Positions 61,080 through 64,000 of a stretch of DNA of 64,000 nucleotides are shown in pieces. Source of the DNA: Treponemataceae bacterium (GTDB lineage Bacteria; Spirochaetota; Spirochaetia; Treponematales; Rectinemataceae); contig CAXXHO010000005.1 of assembly GCA_963667725.2 (NCBI GenBank), positions 160,001 through 224,000 on the forward strand, written 5' to 3'. The position numbers were made by a program, and so were the translations under genes. Positions within the stretch are counted from its first letter, which is position 1; each line of letters starts with the position of its first letter. The notes under the pieces are model-generated. The model was not told where the DNA came from. It made no database searches and saw only the letters and a list, made by a program, of their open reading frames with translations.

Positions 61080-62003
61080 ATGTATAAGGAATATCGCGGC
61101 TGCTGGCCGACAATGATCACGCCCTTCACCGAAGACAACCGCGTGGATTTCAAGGCCATCAAAGCCATGGTCGAATGGTACGTTGAGCGCGGCAGCGACG
61201 GCATTTTCGCCGTTTGCCAGTCGAGCGAAATGTTTTTCCTGAGCGAAAGGGAAAAACTGGATATAGCCACCGCGGTCCGCGAGGCTGCGGCAGGCAGGAT
61301 CAAGGTAATCGCCTCAGGCCACACCGCAGACGATCCCGCGAAGCAGATCGACGAACTGGGACGCATGGCGCAGACCGGCGTCGACGCTGTCGTGCTCGTG
61401 AGCAACCGTCTCGCCAGGGAAAACGAAGGCGAGGAAGTTTTTCTCGCGAGCGCGGAACGCATTTTCGCCCAACTGCCTGACGTGACCTTCGGCATGTACG
61501 AATGCCCCTACCCCTATCGGCGCCTCTGCTCGGACGACTTCCTCGCCGACTGCGCCGCGAAAGGACGGATGGTTTTCCTTAAGGACGTTTCCTGCGCCAA
61601 CGAAATACTGAAAAGGCGCGTCGGTATTGTGAAGGGAAGCAAGCTCTCCCTGTTCAACGCCAACACTTCGACGTTGCTCGATTCTCTCATCGCCGGTTAC
61701 GACGGCTATAACGGCGTCATGGCCAACTTCCACATCGATCTCTACAAATGGATGTACACGCACTTCGCCAAGGAACAGAAGCTGGCGAGGGAAGTGAGCG
61801 ACTTCCTCACGGTGTCAGCCATCGTCGAGATGAGGACCTACCCCACCTGCGCGAAATATCACATGAACGCGACGGGCATCCCCATGTCCTTGGTCACGAG
61901 ATCCAAGAATGCCGCCGACTTCAACGAAAACGCCGTCCATGAAGTTGAGAGCATCATCAGGATGGAAAACGCGTTGCGCGCGAGACTGGGTCTCACCATC
62001 TAA
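61080..62003 (+). CDS. Dihydrodipicolinate synthase/N-acetylneuraminate lyase-family protein
   Basis: TMITPF, CQSSE in place of GTTGE, YECP, Schiff-base Lys in LKDVS. Confidence 0.88.
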   Translation: MYKEYRGCWPTMITPFTEDNRVDFKAIKAMVEWYVERGSDGIFAVCQSSEMFFLSEREKLDIATAVREAAAGRIKVIASGHTADDPAKQIDELGRMAQTGVDAVVLVSNRLARENEGEEVFLASAERIFAQLPDVTFGMYECPYPYRRLCSDDFLADCAAKGRMVFLKDVSCANEILKRRVGIVKGSKLSLFNANTSTLLDSLIAGYDGYNGVMANFHIDLYKWMYTHFAKEQKLAREVSDFLTVSAIVEMRTYPTCAKYHMNATGIPMSLVTRSKNAADFNENAVHEVESIIRMENALRARLGLTI

Positions 62004-62009
62004 CATGGC

Positions 62010-62049
62010 GAATACTAAGAAGGACGTCAGTCCTTCTTAGTATTCTTTT
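62010..62049 (+). terminator. Intrinsic terminator overlapping the GGDEF gene stop
   Basis: Perfect 16-bp stem GAATACTAAGAAGGAC-gtca-GTCCTTCTTAGTATTC followed by TTTT. Confidence 0.8.
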
Positions 62050-63511
62050 CGATATACATTGCGTCGTCGGCACGTTTGAGCGTCATCTCGAGCGGCTCGC
62101 CGGGAAGACGTGTCGCGGTTCCGAGCGAAAGACTCAAGGAATTCCACTCTGTAGTTCCCGCTAGGGCTTTGCGTTTTTCGTTGAACCCCTCGATTCCTTT
62201 TTTTATCCTTTCGACAACCTCACCGGCTTCAACTTCTCCCGCGCCGTCGAGAATCACGAGAAACTCGTCTCCTCCGGCTCGGGCTAAAAGCCCCGTCCCT
62301 CCCACCGTTTCCGCGAGTAGCGCTGCGGCTGCGCGGATCATGTTGTCCCCCTCGCCGTGGCCTCGCGTATCGTTGAGCGCTTTCAAGCCATCGAGGTCTG
62401 CCATGATCAGGGACAAGGCCGAGTGGCTTTTTTCGAGCCTCGCGAATTCCATTTCATAGCGCTGTCGATTGAGCAAGCCGGTGAGAATGTCATGAGTGCT
62501 CCGATAATGAAGCTCTTCGTTGATTTTTTTCTGCTGGGAGACATCCCTAAGCAGAAAAACGCGCCCATGAAGACTTCTTTTCTCCTCGTTGAAGTTCGAC
62601 ATCTGCACATCGTACCAACGGTCGCCTATGTCCAACTCGAACCTAGCCTCAAGGCCTTCGGAAAATTGGGCGGCTTTGTCCTTCCAGCGGGCATTATCCC
62701 CGGGGAAAATCGTTCCAATATCTTTCAGATCGATGCCGAGTATCGAACGCGCGGAAGGATTGATGTCGACAAGTCTATTCCTGTCGTCAACGACGATAAA
62801 ACCCTCTGACATATGCTCGACGAGATAATCGCGTGCAACAGGGATGATATCCATCAACTTGTACTTGAAAAGACCGTAGGCCAGTACGATGCCGCTTAAT
62901 GTGAATAAAAAAGGCGTCAAATCAAGGCCGGGAAGCGGGCTGAGGCCTATAATGCTCATAATGTTGCCTATCCAGGGAAAGACGAGGGCAAAAATAAGGA
63001 TGTATATCTGCCGGACATAGAAGCCTTTAACCTTGACGGCCATCTTCACAAGGATGACAAGCGTGACGATATTCAGAATGTACAGATAGACGGCATTTAC
63101 GAAAAACCAGGGGCCGCCGGTGAGTATCGCCGTCGTCGTCCTCGCTCCGCCATAAAAGAATCCGTGATATTTATCGATCCAGATGAGAAGGAGAGTGACG
63201 CATGGCATCGCGGCCATGAGAAGTATTTTTTTTGGGGAAAGCGAACTCCTCCCGTTTGCGAACTGATAGGCAAGGCAGAACATGGCCGAAGGCGCGACAA
63301 CGACACCGAGATAGGTCGCGTCGAGCCAAAAGGCGGCGGTCGAGTCGCTGGACATCAGCCATCGGATGCCATAGGTGCCTGCCCAGACTACAAGCGCTGT
63401 CATGGCGGCAAAAAGTCCGCCCGCGCCCGGTGTCCCGCGCCTTTTCCACGCGATGACCGCTACGGCCGCGGCAACGAATGCCGAGATAAATAGAGCCACT
63501 GCGTATGTCAT
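62027..63511 (-). CDS. Diguanylate cyclase with HisKA_7TM-like and PAS domains
   Basis: About seven N-terminal TM helices, PAS-like segment, DILTGLLN, GGDEF, RADDAMY. Confidence 0.92.
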   Translation of the reverse strand: MTYAVALFISAFVAAAVAVIAWKRRGTPGAGGLFAAMTALVVWAGTYGIRWLMSSDSTAAFWLDATYLGVVVAPSAMFCLAYQFANGRSSLSPKKILLMAAMPCVTLLLIWIDKYHGFFYGGARTTTAILTGGPWFFVNAVYLYILNIVTLVILVKMAVKVKGFYVRQIYILIFALVFPWIGNIMSIIGLSPLPGLDLTPFLFTLSGIVLAYGLFKYKLMDIIPVARDYLVEHMSEGFIVVDDRNRLVDINPSARSILGIDLKDIGTIFPGDNARWKDKAAQFSEGLEARFELDIGDRWYDVQMSNFNEEKRSLHGRVFLLRDVSQQKKINEELHYRSTHDILTGLLNRQRYEMEFARLEKSHSALSLIMADLDGLKALNDTRGHGEGDNMIRAAAALLAETVGGTGLLARAGGDEFLVILDGAGEVEAGEVVERIKKGIEGFNEKRKALAGTTEWNSLSLSLGTATRLPGEPLEMTLKRADDAMYIEKNTKKD

Positions 63512-63655
63512 AAAAAAGACAGTAGCCGCAGAATCGAGCGAGGTCAAGAAAGAACATTTGAAATTAGCCGATGACAATCCGCGCGCCAATACCATTTTCT
63601 CGGTCCGAGAGGTACAATACCGGGAACACAGCAGGGGAACACGAGGAGGATTAGC

Positions 63656-64000
63656 ATGAAATTTCTTGTCTGCTATTATTCCAAGACGGGGACAACGGCC
63701 GAGATCGCCGGAAGGGTAGGAAAAATCCTGGAGGAGAGAGGCGCCGATGTTGAGATAAGAGCTATCGATTCGATAACCGATCTTCGAGGCTATGACCGGC
63801 TGATCCTGGGCTGCCCCATCAATGGCATGAAGGTGATTCCGGAATTCAAGACTTTCCTGGCCGAGAAAGTCGTCGGCTCAGGCATTCCCTCGGATATTTT
63901 CATCGTATCGTACCTGTTCGAAAAGGGCAGGAGTTTTTTCAGGAAGATGATCGTCAAGAACACGGAAAGCATCAGGGCTTCGTTGAATCCCAGGTCCATG
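63656..64000 (+). CDS. Flavodoxin-domain protein (HemG-like), truncated by the window end
   Basis: Not in the ORF track; GAGGAGG RBS; MKFLVCYYSKTGTTAEIA...YDRLILGCPI. Confidence 0.85.
   Translation, partial: MKFLVCYYSKTGTTAEIAGRVGKILEERGADVEIRAIDSITDLRGYDRLILGCPINGMKVIPEFKTFLAEKVVGSGIPSDIFIVSYLFEKGRSFFRKMIVKNTESIRASLNPRSM

Noticed and set aside
29285..64000. Right half as an integrated genomic island or prophage
   Set aside because: No integrase, att repeat or phage gene; both genes at the junction are cut mid-frame, which fits an assembly or concatenation join better

Overview
The window looks like two unrelated genomic segments joined at about nt 29,285. Left (1-29,285): very GC-rich, CTG-biased DNA whose genes read like Holophagaceae (Geothrix/Holophaga-like Acidobacteriota; taxonomy is my inference). 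It starts with an IS5-family transposase fragment and continues with mostly housekeeping genes (asparaginase, serS, PpiD/SurA-like, def-fmt, SgmX-like TPR protein, cdd, riboflavin synthase, K+ channel, SOD, prolyl oligopeptidase, folE, purM) and a creBCD locus with a perfect cre-tag. creD carries two +1 frameshifts, and the segment ends in an acyltransferase cut mid-gene. Right (29,285-64,000): lower GC, CTC/ATA/AGG-rich DNA resembling free-living Spirochaetia (inference). It starts mid-gene in a GH5-like hydrolase and continues with MFS, recQ, a CadA/ArsR pair, a sigma-54-driven sugar ABC island, a Fap-like export cluster, an aromatic meta-cleavage lower pathway with a TRAP transporter, a second TRAP/aldolase operon, a GGDEF protein and a flavodoxin. 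The two strongest candidates for new biology: (1) 45,957-48,900, a Sec-signal + double-glycine-leader + NlpC/P60-like putative toxin with a coupled immunity-like gene, divergent from a stand-alone C39 peptidase, a FapF-like beta-barrel and a lipoprotein; (2) 43,182-45,056, a soluble histidine kinase whose input domain is a degenerate sugar-ABC ATPase, paired with an NtrC-type activator and a sigma-54 promoter with tandem enhancer-like sites. All assignments are from motif reading only; no database searches were run.
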